DNA of 64,000 nt from a virus. The DNA lies in IMG/VR virus record IMGVR_UViG_3300010401_000007, positions 2,694-66,693 of that record, one strand, 5' to 3'. The notes below the pieces were generated by a model that saw nothing but the letters and a program-made list of their open reading frames with translations, was not told where the DNA came from and ran no database searches. A program made the position numbers and the translations under genes. This document shows positions 29,035 to 39,185 of the stretch, piece by piece (within the stretch, counting starts at the first letter, position 1; each line of letters starts with the position of its first letter).

Positions 29035-30460
29035 CTGTAATCAGTGTGTTAGCGATAGTCGGTGACCCACTATAGGGTAACTGATATGTCGAGTTCTGGA
29101 ATAGTTGCCAGAAGAAGTTTTGCCAGTTAGCACACCAGTAAGTAGCCCCTCCCTTATCATTACTGAGTGCCACCGTATATCCGTCTGGAGTCACCCCGTT
29201 CACATACGGAGCAGCGGGGTTACTGAATACACAGAGAGCCGGTCCACCGATATATAGTGAGGTTGGTACAGCCATGGACAACCAGTCCATGAACAGATTA
29301 CCACCACTGACCGCAGTCGTGATCTTGATATCGAGTCTGACCGTCGAGGGTATTACTGTCGGGAGTCGGAAGTTGAACGAGTGTGCTACCCAACTAGTCG
29401 TCACTGTGTTGAGGTTGATATCGACACTATTCGCCGTACCACTCTGATCGTTAATGACTGTATTCGACCCATCGACTAGAGCTATGCGAATATGTCCTGT
29501 GATAGAGGCAGACGCTTTGAGATAGAAGTTACCGACCCACCCCGGTGAGGTGACTGTTGACGGCGAGACCGTAGTAGTCGTGCCAGCAGTAGATCCGGAA
29601 GAGGAAGAGGAGTTGAACTGCTGTGTAAGATGAGTGAGTACAGCCGTAGGGAGAAATTCGAGACAGTATGTTCCGCTGAGTGGGGCAGTAGTAGATTGTT
29701 GGACATCGGTCCCCCAAGTCCCTGTTACGAGATTGAAGTTATTAAGTACGGCAGTGGGGCTAGTCGATTGAGGAGTCCAGTTAGCGAAGTCCCCATTGGT
29801 CAGTAGGTTACCCCCCGAATCGGCATAGTCACTAGCCGATACAGCATTACCGTTCGCTACTCCCCCCGATCCTTGTGGGTAGTCCCAATCGAATTGTCCT
29901 ACAGGAACCCCGGTCGCTAGGGATGAGTTATTCTGTACTCCCTGCCAAGACCACCCCTCAAGTCCCTGTGTTGCACCCCCTGTGTACGAATCATTCGTGA
30001 TCGTCAGGGTAGTAGACTCGGGAATGATATTCTGCCAGAGAGTACCATCACCTCTAGTTAGGGTAACGACTACATTACCCGTACCGATATTAGTCGAGAA
30101 TGCTGTGACTGATGAACCCACACTACATGACTGTACCGTAGCGGACTGAGCGATCATCTGTTCCATCAGATAGTAGAGAGCCGAGTTGATATCGGTCCCG
30201 AAGGTAGGGACTTGTGCCGCTACCATGTTGAGTAGGATCGACTGTGCCGTATTCTGCCATGCGAACATACCCTGAGATTCGGTCCGGATATTCGAGTCGT
30301 AGGAAGATGTAAGACCTACGATCCACTCGGGGTTGATATAGGCGTATCCGGCTAACTCATTAAACGGGACTGGTTGTAGGGCTTGAGTCGTATTGATGAG
30401 GTAGTTGTTACGGCCACATCGACCGATTGCAGTGAAGAGATTAGTGAGATTGAGACTCAT
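29027..30460 (-). CDS. Tail protein with carbohydrate-binding-module-like domain
   Basis: NLLTNGDFANW CBM-like start; position. Confidence 0.6.
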   Translation of the reverse strand: MSLNLTNLFTAIGRCGRNNYLINTTQALQPVPFNELAGYAYINPEWIVGLTSSYDSNIRTESQGMFAWQNTAQSILLNMVAAQVPTFGTDINSALYYLMEQMIAQSATVQSCSVGSSVTAFSTNIGTGNVVVTLTRGDGTLWQNIIPESTTLTITNDSYTGGATQGLEGWSWQGVQNNSSLATGVPVGQFDWDYPQGSGGVANGNAVSASDYADSGGNLLTNGDFANWTPQSTSPTAVLNNFNLVTGTWGTDVQQSTTAPLSGTYCLEFLPTAVLTHLTQQFNSSSSSGSTAGTTTTVSPSTVTSPGWVGNFYLKASASITGHIRIALVDGSNTVINDQSGTANSVDINLNTVTTSWVAHSFNFRLPTVIPSTVRLDIKITTAVSGGNLFMDWLSMAVPTSLYIGGPALCVFSNPAAPYVNGVTPDGYTVALSNDKGGATYWCANWQNFFWQLFQNSTYQLPYSGSPTIANTLITGA

Positions 30461-30499
30461 CTAAGCACCGTCCATATTCTCTGAGAGAAAGACAGTAGA

Positions 30500-32455
30500 C
30501 TATGCCGATCCAGTTGATACGAAGTCGTCTAACCACTTACCTAGATCGGTAATCGACCCGCTCAAGAACGGGGGTGTATCAGCCGTGATTACCACCTGAG
30601 TCGCATCCTTGGCCTCATACTGGTACATCCCCTGTGCTTCGTAGATCACACTGACATTATCACTAGCCACTCTCTGATTCAGTACCGAGGGTGTACCCCC
30701 TACGAATTGCCAATTACTATCGTCTACATCTCGGGGTGGGATATTCGGAGGGGCACCGACACGGCTAGCGATCCATCGTCTCGTCCAAGTACAGGTGGGG
30801 GATGAGTGGTTGATCGCTACATTCGTCCCACTGGGGGATGTCGTGGGCATGACGATAATACCGGGGTCTTCGGTATAGTCATTAATCGACGCCCACTGTG
30901 TGTAGACAGCCGGTTGACCGTCATAGTAGTACAGTCCGTTAGAGTCGAATATGGGGGTAGTGGGGTACTGAGAGGCGATCAGTCCTGAGAATGCTGCTGT
31001 GAGAGTCGCTTTATCCTGTACTGCTCCGGCTTGTCCAGCACCATTACCCCCACCAGCAGGAGTATTCCACAACTGGATAATCGTATGGATACTCTTCGGT
31101 CCGGTTCCGGGAGCGTTAGGGGTAACGGGGAGACCACTACCGCACTGATCCTGTAGTAGTGCAGCATACATCTTAACTGTCGTAGCCAGTCCGGGTAACC
31201 CATCGGCAGGAGCTACGATTGACTCGTTAGGGTTAGCCCACGGTTCATACCCACCGATTCCACCTACCCCGTTACGGTCTCCCGTCCCGAATCCGACCCA
31301 TGAGAGAGCCGGTATCCCCGTGATATTCACACCCTGTTGATTGATGACTCCTACGGCGTTCCTCTGTCCTAATCCACCCGCCATATCCCCTGCTGCTGGA
31401 TTGATCATCCCGATAGCATTATTGGCCCAGTTAGCTTGGGGGTTATTGACCGCTCCTACCTGACGTTGCTGATTCGGGGTGATAATGTAGGTTGATCGAT
31501 ATGCCGCAACTACAGAACTAGTCGTCTCCTTAGTCGAGAACTCGCACGACCCTATGATACGACCAGTCGCTAGTAGAGGAGATGCAGCGAATATCCGTGA
31601 CCGAGCAACGGACATCGCTATATCTCTGAGAGAAGAGGGTCTAGCAGTCAGTGTGCCGATCAGAGTTACCGTAACCTGACCCTTTCGGTAGATCTCCCCC
31701 TTAGTCGATTCCCATGCTTCAGATTGATCAATGTCCATCTCGACGGCGGGGTAGATCGGTGCCCACTTAATCTGGGTATCCAGGAACGAGTAGTCACATC
31801 TCAGACCGTCCCGAGATATCGAGTAGCTAGACGACTCTCTCTTGAACCCTACCGGACATAGAGGGGCGATTAAGTTACGAGTACAGTAGTCGATGTTGAT
31901 ATTGGATAGGGCGGATATGATACACGTCCCATTCCATCTCACACTCTCTCGGAACGTCCTGTCATAAGTCTTGGTCATCTCCCATCTATTACTAATCGGA
32001 TCAGAAGGAGATTGAGTACCACAGTCACGGATGAATACAATGACTGACCAGTTAATCTCTAGAGTTTGCATAGTCGTATAGACGACACTGATAGCATCGT
32101 CTACCGGCCATGGTCCGGTTGCATCGTCTCTACCCTCTGGCAGATCGATAATAGCAAAAGTCTTATCGGTTACTCCTGCTGACCCAGATATATTGTAGTA
32201 GAACGCTTTACGAGGCTGGCAGAGATAGTGTCTAACTCGTCGGATTAGTCGGTCGGCTGTGATATCGTCCTCTTCGGCAGGGGGGTAGAGACCCCCCTCT
32301 AGATCCGGCATCTCACCAGCGGCTAGTATCGACCGTACCGTGATATGAACTTTCATGTAGAGAGCGTCAGTCCCAGACGGGTCTTTAACCGGTCCGTACT
32401 GATGGGACATGGTATTGACAGTCGGGAGTGTAATCCCGTTATACACACATGACAT
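30500..32455 (-). CDS. Distal tail-like structural protein
   Basis: Immediately downstream of the tape-measure-like gene. Confidence 0.55.
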   Translation of the reverse strand: MSCVYNGITLPTVNTMSHQYGPVKDPSGTDALYMKVHITVRSILAAGEMPDLEGGLYPPAEEDDITADRLIRRVRHYLCQPRKAFYYNISGSAGVTDKTFAIIDLPEGRDDATGPWPVDDAISVVYTTMQTLEINWSVIVFIRDCGTQSPSDPISNRWEMTKTYDRTFRESVRWNGTCIISALSNINIDYCTRNLIAPLCPVGFKRESSSYSISRDGLRCDYSFLDTQIKWAPIYPAVEMDIDQSEAWESTKGEIYRKGQVTVTLIGTLTARPSSLRDIAMSVARSRIFAASPLLATGRIIGSCEFSTKETTSSVVAAYRSTYIITPNQQRQVGAVNNPQANWANNAIGMINPAAGDMAGGLGQRNAVGVINQQGVNITGIPALSWVGFGTGDRNGVGGIGGYEPWANPNESIVAPADGLPGLATTVKMYAALLQDQCGSGLPVTPNAPGTGPKSIHTIIQLWNTPAGGGNGAGQAGAVQDKATLTAAFSGLIASQYPTTPIFDSNGLYYYDGQPAVYTQWASINDYTEDPGIIVMPTTSPSGTNVAINHSSPTCTWTRRWIASRVGAPPNIPPRDVDDSNWQFVGGTPSVLNQRVASDNVSVIYEAQGMYQYEAKDATQVVITADTPPFLSGSITDLGKWLDDFVSTGSA

Positions 32456-32468
32456 ATGTTACCTGCAC

Positions 32469-33983
32469 CTACCGTGCGTCAGGACGCATATTATTCAGAG
32501 GATTGATCCACCCGGGCATACGTCTGGGGTCAGGAGGTGCCGCACCAGGACCACCAGCAGGACCACCCGGCCAGTGACCCATATTGACGATATCCTTTGC
32601 ACCGTCGATCTTGACCCCGAAGATATTCTGTCCGGGAACGTCATCCTTCCTGCCGACCGTAAAGTCTAGTAGCTCGTTAATGTCCTTAGCGATTGAGGCG
32701 ATAGGACTAAGGATATTATTGAGTAGGTTGAGTAGATCTGATCCGACTGTGTTGGCGATATTCATCAACAGACTCTCAATCTTCTGCCAAGTCTGCTCGA
32801 ATCGATTGAGACTATCCGTCAGATTACGACTCGACCCCCCTGTCTCTTGAGCCGTCTGGATATCCCGCAGAGTCCTACCCACATCGAGTTCGGCAATTCC
32901 TACGGCTTGTTGTCCACCTACCTGAGATAGTCTCCTGATCTCGTCTTCCTGTGCCCTTGTAAATGCATAAGTAGCTTTACTGAACTCGGCTACTGCTCCT
33001 GCAAATACTGTCGCACCAGATAGTATGAGCCCCCCTTTGGACCCTAGTACCCCCTCACTGAGAATACCCCCTAATCCAGACTCGGTATCTTCATCAGATT
33101 GAGTAGGAGTAGACCCCTTAGCCGACGAGACTTTCTCTGAGAAAGAGGATGATCCCCCACTCTTAGCTTCTCTGACTGATCGGGACTTGAATCGACGGTA
33201 TAGGTTCCTCCCCCGACGGAATGTCCCCCCTATAATCCCTGACACCTGTTGACCGAATCGACCGAGGTTAGCACCCGCTCCCGAGGACGGTACGAAGGAC
33301 AGTAGGTGTGACCAGTCGAACGGTTCATCCTTCTTCTGTTTCTGCTCCTCTTTCTCAGAAGGAGTTGTAGGGCCGACACCCTTTTCGATTCGGAGTAGTG
33401 CCTCTAATATCCTCTCCAGTATCGAGTCTGTGCGAGAGTAGACATCGGCATCAGGGGTAGGACCTGTTACCCCCTCGACATTCACTCTCGACTGTCTACC
33501 ACCCTCCCCCGAAACAGGTACTAATTCTCCACCCCTAGGAGAGTCGTGAGTAACCCCGAGAGGGGGAGTCGGTGGGATGTTCCCTCCACCGTCCTCCGTA
33601 CTAGTCGGAGGTGTCTCATCCTGTCCAAAGTCCCATCGACCGTTAGTGAATGAGTCAGTCGGGGAACTCATTGTATCGGCCGGAGACCTACCCGTCCGTG
33701 CCGACTCTGCTGCCGTCTGTTCTGCTACCTCTCCGGCTTGTCGGTAATACTCTTCCTCGGTCTGTCTATCGCCCGCAAACGCTTGGTTGACGTTGGAGAG
33801 CAGTTCGTCAGCAGTATTAGATTGTTGTATTGCAGAGATGAATTTATCGACTGCACTTCTACGATCTACTCCTAGGCTCTTAACTAGGTTCCATGCTCTG
33901 ACAATACCAGCACTAGCAAGACCGGGAGGCACCTCCCCACTAGTGAGAAGTGCCTCCCTGAGATTCTTGATATCCTCTTCCAT
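32469..33983 (-). CDS. Short tape-measure-like protein
   Basis: Follows the chaperone-like gene; helical Gly/Ala-rich amphipathic C-terminal half. Confidence 0.5.
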   Translation of the reverse strand: MEEDIKNLREALLTSGEVPPGLASAGIVRAWNLVKSLGVDRRSAVDKFISAIQQSNTADELLSNVNQAFAGDRQTEEEYYRQAGEVAEQTAAESARTGRSPADTMSSPTDSFTNGRWDFGQDETPPTSTEDGGGNIPPTPPLGVTHDSPRGGELVPVSGEGGRQSRVNVEGVTGPTPDADVYSRTDSILERILEALLRIEKGVGPTTPSEKEEQKQKKDEPFDWSHLLSFVPSSGAGANLGRFGQQVSGIIGGTFRRGRNLYRRFKSRSVREAKSGGSSSFSEKVSSAKGSTPTQSDEDTESGLGGILSEGVLGSKGGLILSGATVFAGAVAEFSKATYAFTRAQEDEIRRLSQVGGQQAVGIAELDVGRTLRDIQTAQETGGSSRNLTDSLNRFEQTWQKIESLLMNIANTVGSDLLNLLNNILSPIASIAKDINELLDFTVGRKDDVPGQNIFGVKIDGAKDIVNMGHWPGGPAGGPGAAPPDPRRMPGWINPLNNMRPDAR

Positions 33984-34041
33984 GTTACCCGTCTGGTATC
34001 TGTGTCATATCAGGACTTCGTACCGAGTACACCTAGTAGGG

Positions 34042-34623
34042 CTATCCGAATTGCTGTTGCAGTCTGTTTGATTCGCTGGGCTTCGATGTACTCTCTGAGG
34101 TAGAGGAGTCCGCAGGATTCGGCATAGGTGAGTTTGCGGGGATAGGCGATGCCCTGGACTGCAAAGGTACAAAAGGGCGAGCAAGTCTCATGAGATCGAG
34201 ACTGAATTGGAGATAGGCGTTGAGTGTCCCGAGTTGACCGGCTACTGTCAGTCCTCGATCTCTTTTCACCCTCTTACCGTCGATCATCCACCCCTTACCT
34301 ACGAACTCCTCAATCCCTGTCGCTTCTCTGAGAGAGAGGAGGATGAGGTTACGTAGCTCGATCCGCTGTTTCTGGGACTCTTCCTCATGAATCCCACCGA
34401 CTCCTAACGGTTGAGGTTGTGCTAGTCCGGAGTATTGATCCCTCCAATCCAGTCCCACCTTATCAATCAACGTCATCTCGATGACATACGGGTCACAACT
34501 CTTCCATCTCACCCCGTCGAAATAGTAGAAGATATTCTGGGGGGCACGGTAGAAGAGTCGGCGGATGAAGTTGAACATGGTGGGGTCGATCAGGAGGTTA
34601 CTTGGAGTCGTCCGACTTATCAT
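34042..34623 (-). CDS. Putative tail assembly chaperone (likely start MFNF)
   Basis: Position before the tape measure; Ser/Pro-rich C-terminus. Confidence 0.45.
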   Translation of the reverse strand: MISRTTPSNLLIDPTMFNFIRRLFYRAPQNIFYYFDGVRWKSCDPYVIEMTLIDKVGLDWRDQYSGLAQPQPLGVGGIHEEESQKQRIELRNLILLSLREATGIEEFVGKGWMIDGKRVKRDRGLTVAGQLGTLNAYLQFSLDLMRLARPFVPLQSRASPIPANSPMPNPADSSTSESTSKPSESNRLQQQFG

Positions 34624-34954
34624 CTAGGTCAAGATCAGTCTCAGTGTCCTCGTCTGTAAGATCGGGGACGGGGTACGGTTCGGCAGAGGTAGAATTCTGC
34701 TTATTGGTCTCGATTTGATACGGCATCCACATCGCGTGGGCACCTTCCGGACACTCATCCTTGGGTTGAACGAGTGTCACGTTACAACGGGAGTAGGACT
34801 TACCCTCACTGTCGAACACGGCGAGATTCACACACCGATCATTATGGACGTGTGCGATCAGTGCGGCATGGGGTTGATCCTTACCACATCGGGCAGTAGG
34901 TTCATGACCGGCAGGGTAGTAGTGGATGACTCGACCGACTGTGGGGGTGATCAT
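34598..34954 (-). CDS. Small conserved phage protein, paralog of 14272-14523
   Basis: PTVGRVIHY...AALIAHV...VNLAVFD. Confidence 0.7.
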   Translation of the reverse strand: MITPTVGRVIHYYPAGHEPTARCGKDQPHAALIAHVHNDRCVNLAVFDSEGKSYSRCNVTLVQPKDECPEGAHAMWMPYQIETNKQNSTSAEPYPVPDLTDEDTETDLDLDDKSDDSK

Positions 34955-34955
34955 T

Positions 34956-35354
34956 CTATCCTCCTACGATAATGTGAGGTTGAGGGTCGTCATCATCACG
35001 TTTGATCTTAGGGGGTCCGAAGTTATAGATGAACTTAACGGTAAGACCGTCTCCGCTAATCCAATAGTCTTGATCCCCCATAACGGTTCCTTGAGGGGGA
35101 GTACGAGACTTTATGTATTGTGGATTGGAGTCACAGAGTTCTTTTAAATAAGCCGCTCTCTGCTCTCTACTGGTAAGGTGTGTGGGTATTTCACTCACTC
35201 GGATCTTGCCTTCCCTGCGGTAGTGGTATCTCCCCTCAGAATCAAGATGCCAACTCTCTGACATAGTGACATTAACGGGCATATCTGTACTCCCAATTTG
35301 AGAGACTGTGACCCTATCAGGGATCGGTAGTGTGATACCTCGATAGTTGATCAT
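34956..35354 (-). CDS. Miniature paralog of the 30500-32455 tail protein
   Basis: YRGITLP vs YNGITLP; YWISGDGL vs YSISRDGL. Confidence 0.55.
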   Translation of the reverse strand: MINYRGITLPIPDRVTVSQIGSTDMPVNVTMSESWHLDSEGRYHYRREGKIRVSEIPTHLTSREQRAAYLKELCDSNPQYIKSRTPPQGTVMGDQDYWISGDGLTVKFIYNFGPPKIKRDDDDPQPHIIVGG

Positions 35355-35383
35355 GTTTTTCTCTCAGAGAGTGGGGTTGGGAC

Positions 35384-35743
35384 TTAGGACTGTGGAGTCG
35401 ATTCGACAGGTGGACCCTTTATACGTCGTATCTCTCTTGCCCCTCCTTCACCATCATCCTCTACCACACAGATGACGGTCTGTTCATGATCCACTACGGG
35501 ACAAGAACTCGTATCCCACTTAGGGACATCCTCGAAGTTACCCCGTTCAGGATTAGTCGTCTTGGCTACCCCAGTGAATCCATACACCAACTTATTCCGT
35601 TGGATGAACTGAAGTACCTGTTGATCCGTCGTACCCTCTCGAAACGGAGGTAGTTGAAACCTTACCGGTTCCTCAGTGAGTTCCAAGTTACCGGTAGGGT
35701 GGATAATGTGGACGATGAATGTCTTACGAGTCTTCGGGGGCAT
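35384..35743 (-). CDS. Hypothetical protein
   Basis: ORF after the tail tube gene. Confidence 0.6.
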   Translation of the reverse strand: MPPKTRKTFIVHIIHPTGNLELTEEPVRFQLPPFREGTTDQQVLQFIQRNKLVYGFTGVAKTTNPERGNFEDVPKWDTSSCPVVDHEQTVICVVEDDGEGGAREIRRIKGPPVESTPQS

Positions 35744-35787
35744 GGTCTATCTCTGAGAAAGAGGTAATAGGGGATGAGATAGACCGA

Positions 35788-36324
35788 TCAACTCGGGGCT
35801 GACCGTTGATATAGAACACCTGTGTTGATACTGGCCGTAGTCGGTGGGACATAGACGAATGCTTGGAGTTCGATCTCAGGAGTCGTCTCCTTCGTCCACA
35901 CCCGATTATCACCCGGTCGGACAACCCTGACCACAGGGAAGTACCACGGTCCGTCAGCCTCTTCCCCTGCGATACCGAGGGGTAGATAACAAGCGGTGTA
36001 GAAACTACCACCCCCATAGAGAGTACCGGGAGTGACGAGAGTCCCATCTGTCGCACTAGCGATTGAGAGAGCCCGCAGCTTGGTCACGAACGTACCATCA
36101 AAGGGTACGAGTCGGAATCGGATCGTGGCTATCGCATTGAGAAAGATGTTCTCGACAGGGGCACCATCCATCCCTCCCCCTTGGTCCGACTTGATGCCGT
36201 GTACCAGAGGGGTGATGGTGATATCCGCACCGTCCTGTGCTGTCCCGATCGCTGTCAGTGCATTAGCCGCACCGAACGGGAATTGGGGGGCAATCGGTCC
36301 GTGTACGTGATACGAGTTAGCCAT
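35788..36324 (-). CDS. Putative major tail tube protein
   Basis: IGTAQDGADITIT motif; size and position after the tail-completion gene. Confidence 0.65.
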   Translation of the reverse strand: MANSYHVHGPIAPQFPFGAANALTAIGTAQDGADITITPLVHGIKSDQGGGMDGAPVENIFLNAIATIRFRLVPFDGTFVTKLRALSIASATDGTLVTPGTLYGGGSFYTACYLPLGIAGEEADGPWYFPVVRVVRPGDNRVWTKETTPEIELQAFVYVPPTTASINTGVLYQRSAPS

Positions 36325-36351
36325 TGACTATACTACCATTAGAATGTATGA

Positions 36352-36888
36352 CTAACTATGGTTCTCATTGAGATAGACACGGCGGGTGTAGAACTGCCGA
36401 GTCACATGGCACCGCTGATTATTGTAGTTGAACCCTGCGTAAGATCTCACACACCTCATCGGCACCAAGTCATCAGGTACAGCATAGTAGGGACTATCTA
36501 ATAGTAGCTTAGCTAAAGCCAGTCCGGCCTTCATCGATGGATCTTGTCCATTGAAGAGTATGGCAAAGTTGATCGCATCGGCATCCCCGAGTAACTGGGC
36601 ATAGCACTCGATCAGGAACCCCCCGTCAGCAGCGTACTTGGCATTCACCCTATCCCATGCGAGCATCCCCCCGTAACTCCCCGGCACAGGTTCTTCACCC
36701 ATGTCCTTGAGGATGACGTAGGGGACTCTCTGTTGTACCGAGGTGAGAGACCCTTGAGTAGTTACAGGAGCTTCATCGAGGTAGATAGGAGGGAGTACCC
36801 CTCCGCACACTGCTGGGAATGCGGTAGGGTTGAGAGTGGCGTATAGGTTCTCTACAGCCTTGATCGCCGATAGGACAGGCTGAGCCAT
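36352..36888 (-). CDS. Putative tail terminator/completion protein
   Basis: IYLDEAP...VPYVIL...IECYA pattern; position. Confidence 0.6.
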   Translation of the reverse strand: MAQPVLSAIKAVENLYATLNPTAFPAVCGGVLPPIYLDEAPVTTQGSLTSVQQRVPYVILKDMGEEPVPGSYGGMLAWDRVNAKYAADGGFLIECYAQLLGDADAINFAILFNGQDPSMKAGLALAKLLLDSPYYAVPDDLVPMRCVRSYAGFNYNNQRCHVTRQFYTRRVYLNENHS

Positions 36889-37148
36889 TATTGTAGCTTG
36901 GAGAATTCAGTACGAGTAGATAAACCGTAGCGATGTTGGTCCGGATGTAGCTTAACTTGACATCTACCTGACGTTAGATACCATTTGAAGAACCCAGCAT
37001 CATCTACTTCCTGCCCGTCACATTGCACCTTCCCGCCTTTGGATGGTAGAGAAAAGTCTCCTAGTTCGTCCTTATTCCCCCTCGCCGTGACCATATCTGG
37101 TCTATTAGGTACTACCACTATCGAGTAGACTTCATATTCTTCTGGCAT
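36888..37148 (-). CDS. Hypothetical protein
   Basis: Coupled ORF in the neck module. Confidence 0.55.
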   Translation of the reverse strand: MPEEYEVYSIVVVPNRPDMVTARGNKDELGDFSLPSKGGKVQCDGQEVDDAGFFKWYLTSGRCQVKLHPDQHRYGLSTRTEFSKLQ

Positions 37149-37507
37149 TAGATCATCTCCATGGCGTCTATGTACGATATAGGGGGGATATTACCGGCTT
37201 GCCGATTAGGTGACCGTAGCCCTTGTAGGATGAAGGTACGACCCGTGTCAGTAGCAACTAGTTTCGTCCCTCGTACCAGAGTGACCGACAGTGCTGAGGA
37301 CAGTATCCCGATGACGTTACCAGTCCTCACCTGATTCTGTCCCAGCATCATCATCTGACCGCTACTAGTTGTGTTGATGATACAGGGGCATGATGATTGG
37401 TCGGGTGTGTCCGCCCAGTTCAGTTGTACACCTCCTCCGTAGTCCTGCGTAGGAGCTAGGGGTAGATATATGTCGATTGTATGAGGTGGCATATCTAGGA
37501 TAGACAT
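37148..37507 (-). CDS. Putative head-closure protein
   Basis: TIDIY...QDYGGG...W pattern; position. Confidence 0.6.
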   Translation of the reverse strand: MSILDMPPHTIDIYLPLAPTQDYGGGVQLNWADTPDQSSCPCIINTTSSGQMMMLGQNQVRTGNVIGILSSALSVTLVRGTKLVATDTGRTFILQGLRSPNRQAGNIPPISYIDAMEMI

Positions 37508-37509
37508 AT

Positions 37510-38010
37510 CTACCTAGGGGATGAGATACGCTGGTACGGAATACCTCCCTCGATCACACGGGGGTATAGCACCGTACCGTAAGGGTGGATCGCCGCTACC
37601 ATCGAGTCGTAGACCGATGCACCCTCTTCGTGATTCGGGAAGTAGTATTGATACTCTGCTACCTCACCCTGTCCTTCCGGTCCCTTGAAGATCACACTGA
37701 GTTGTGACGCACCTCGAGCGAATGGGTTAGTACCAGTCGAAGGAGTTGCACCGAATAACTCAGCCTCACCGATGATACGTCCGAACTTCCTCACCAGACT
37801 ATTCTGTCTAGCATCCTCAAACTTGAATCGACTGATATGGGACGTAATCGGGGCGACTACCCACCCTGGATCGGAGATCGGGGTAATCTGCTGATTGAAT
37901 TGCCTGTCACTGGGGATACCCCAAGGGTACTTAGGATTCCATCCTGTATTCACTTGAGGGAGGGTCTGTACAGTCGGTACATCCCATGAATACTGTTTGA
38001 GTTGTGACAT
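37510..38010 (-). CDS. Hypothetical protein with KTSC-like C-terminal domain
   Basis: SHISRF...LSVIFK....EYQY pattern. Confidence 0.45.
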   Translation of the reverse strand: MSQLKQYSWDVPTVQTLPQVNTGWNPKYPWGIPSDRQFNQQITPISDPGWVVAPITSHISRFKFEDARQNSLVRKFGRIIGEAELFGATPSTGTNPFARGASQLSVIFKGPEGQGEVAEYQYYFPNHEEGASVYDSMVAAIHPYGTVLYPRVIEGGIPYQRISSPR

Positions 38011-38054
38011 GATAATAACCTAAGAGCCGTGTGTCTTCTCTGAGAGAAAGAGGA

Positions 38055-38267
38055 CTACCGAGGGATCGTACAACCGAATCCATGTGCTGATAGAGACTCT
38101 GCTAGTGCTGCTAGTCCCTCTTCGGATCTCTCTTTACTCCCACAATTCAATAATGTACAGGGTGCTTCTATACCAGAGATATTAGCTACGATGTGAGTAT
38201 CTTGAACAAATATACTCTCAGCTTTGTCTAGATTAATCAAAACCTTATTAGGGGTATAGATCCACAT
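38055..38267 (-). CDS. Small hypothetical protein
   Basis: Flanked by two motif copies; AT-rich. Confidence 0.55.
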   Translation of the reverse strand: MWIYTPNKVLINLDKAESIFVQDTHIVANISGIEAPCTLLNCGSKERSEEGLAALAESLSAHGFGCTIPR

Positions 38268-38285
38268 ATCTTTTCCTCAGAGAAG

Positions 38286-38981
38286 TTAGGCGATACAGGC
38301 CGCCATATTCCGGTAGGGGTTCAATAGTCCAGCTATATCAGGAGACCCTAGTATACCTTGGATAATACTCATAAGACTGTAAGAATAACCGTCCCACGAC
38401 TCCCCTAGGGGTTGTACACCGTACCTAGGAGTATTCAACACTCGGGAGACAGCCATACAAGCCGCTAGAGTGATGTCAGGAGGTAACACCACATCCGTTA
38501 CCCCGTCCGTGTGATACCCCCCGTTGAACACCACCTGTATCGCACCAGGGTTATTAATCCGCTTGGAGGCGACTGTATAGACCGGCTTGAAGAAGGACAG
38601 TCCCCACACACCCCCCTGTAGATACTGGACTACCCCGTTACTACTTACAGTCGGGTCAGACTGATCCGGCTCCAACAGATAGTCCACATAGGGGGTCAGG
38701 AGGCTACTACTCGTGAACTGTGTTGGGTTACCGTTCGCGTACCAGTTCAGATAGAGATTGAACGAGGAGATGTAGATAGGGGTCTGCTTGAATAACTGTA
38801 TCTGATTGGTACGGGGGGCGGAGAGGATGAACGAGAAGGATGCGTACTCTAGAGTTCTCTGTAGATACTTCTTAACCGCACTATCGACGGCAGTGCAGAT
38901 CTGTGTTAACTGAGCAAGTTGACCACCGGTGAACGTCCTATTCGCATAGGTCATCCACTCGGCGGGTGTGATAATCGACAT
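38286..38981 (-). CDS. Head-tail adaptor (gp6/gp15-like)
   Basis: VKKYLQRT, IQVVFNGGY, LPPDITLA, ESWDGYSYS, LLNPYR. Confidence 0.8.
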   Translation of the reverse strand: MSIITPAEWMTYANRTFTGGQLAQLTQICTAVDSAVKKYLQRTLEYASFSFILSAPRTNQIQLFKQTPIYISSFNLYLNWYANGNPTQFTSSSLLTPYVDYLLEPDQSDPTVSSNGVVQYLQGGVWGLSFFKPVYTVASKRINNPGAIQVVFNGGYHTDGVTDVVLPPDITLAACMAVSRVLNTPRYGVQPLGESWDGYSYSLMSIIQGILGSPDIAGLLNPYRNMAACIA

Positions 38982-38994
38982 GTTACCTACCTAA

Positions 38995-39149
38995 TCCTCT
39001 CGGTAGGACTCGAACCTACGTTTCTGGATACTCCCATCCCGATAACACATGAGACCTCTAGAACAGTCTCCTTAGATCGGTTTACAGTGAGTAGGCGTCC
39101 CTATCTCACCTCGGTTTCACCAGCGTCCTAGCCTCTAGACGACAAGAGA
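38995..39149 (-). ncRNA. tRNA-like RNA whose anticodon loop is replaced by a ~92-nt structured insert
   Basis: Acceptor TCTCTTG/CGAGAGG; D arm GTCT-AGAGGCTA-GGAC; CTGG/CCAG; variable AAAC; T arm GTAGG-TTCGAGT-CCTAC; no encoded CCA. Confidence 0.8.
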
Positions 39150-39185
39150 GTACACACCTTATCGTCTAGTACATAGAGTTGTCAA

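Noticed and set aside
39028-39123. Hammerhead ribozyme, tmRNA or group I intron within the tRNA-like insert
   Set aside because: CTGGTGA and GTAAA deviate from the CUGAnGA/GAAA core; there is no G3:U70 or tag ORF; the insert is too short for a group I intron
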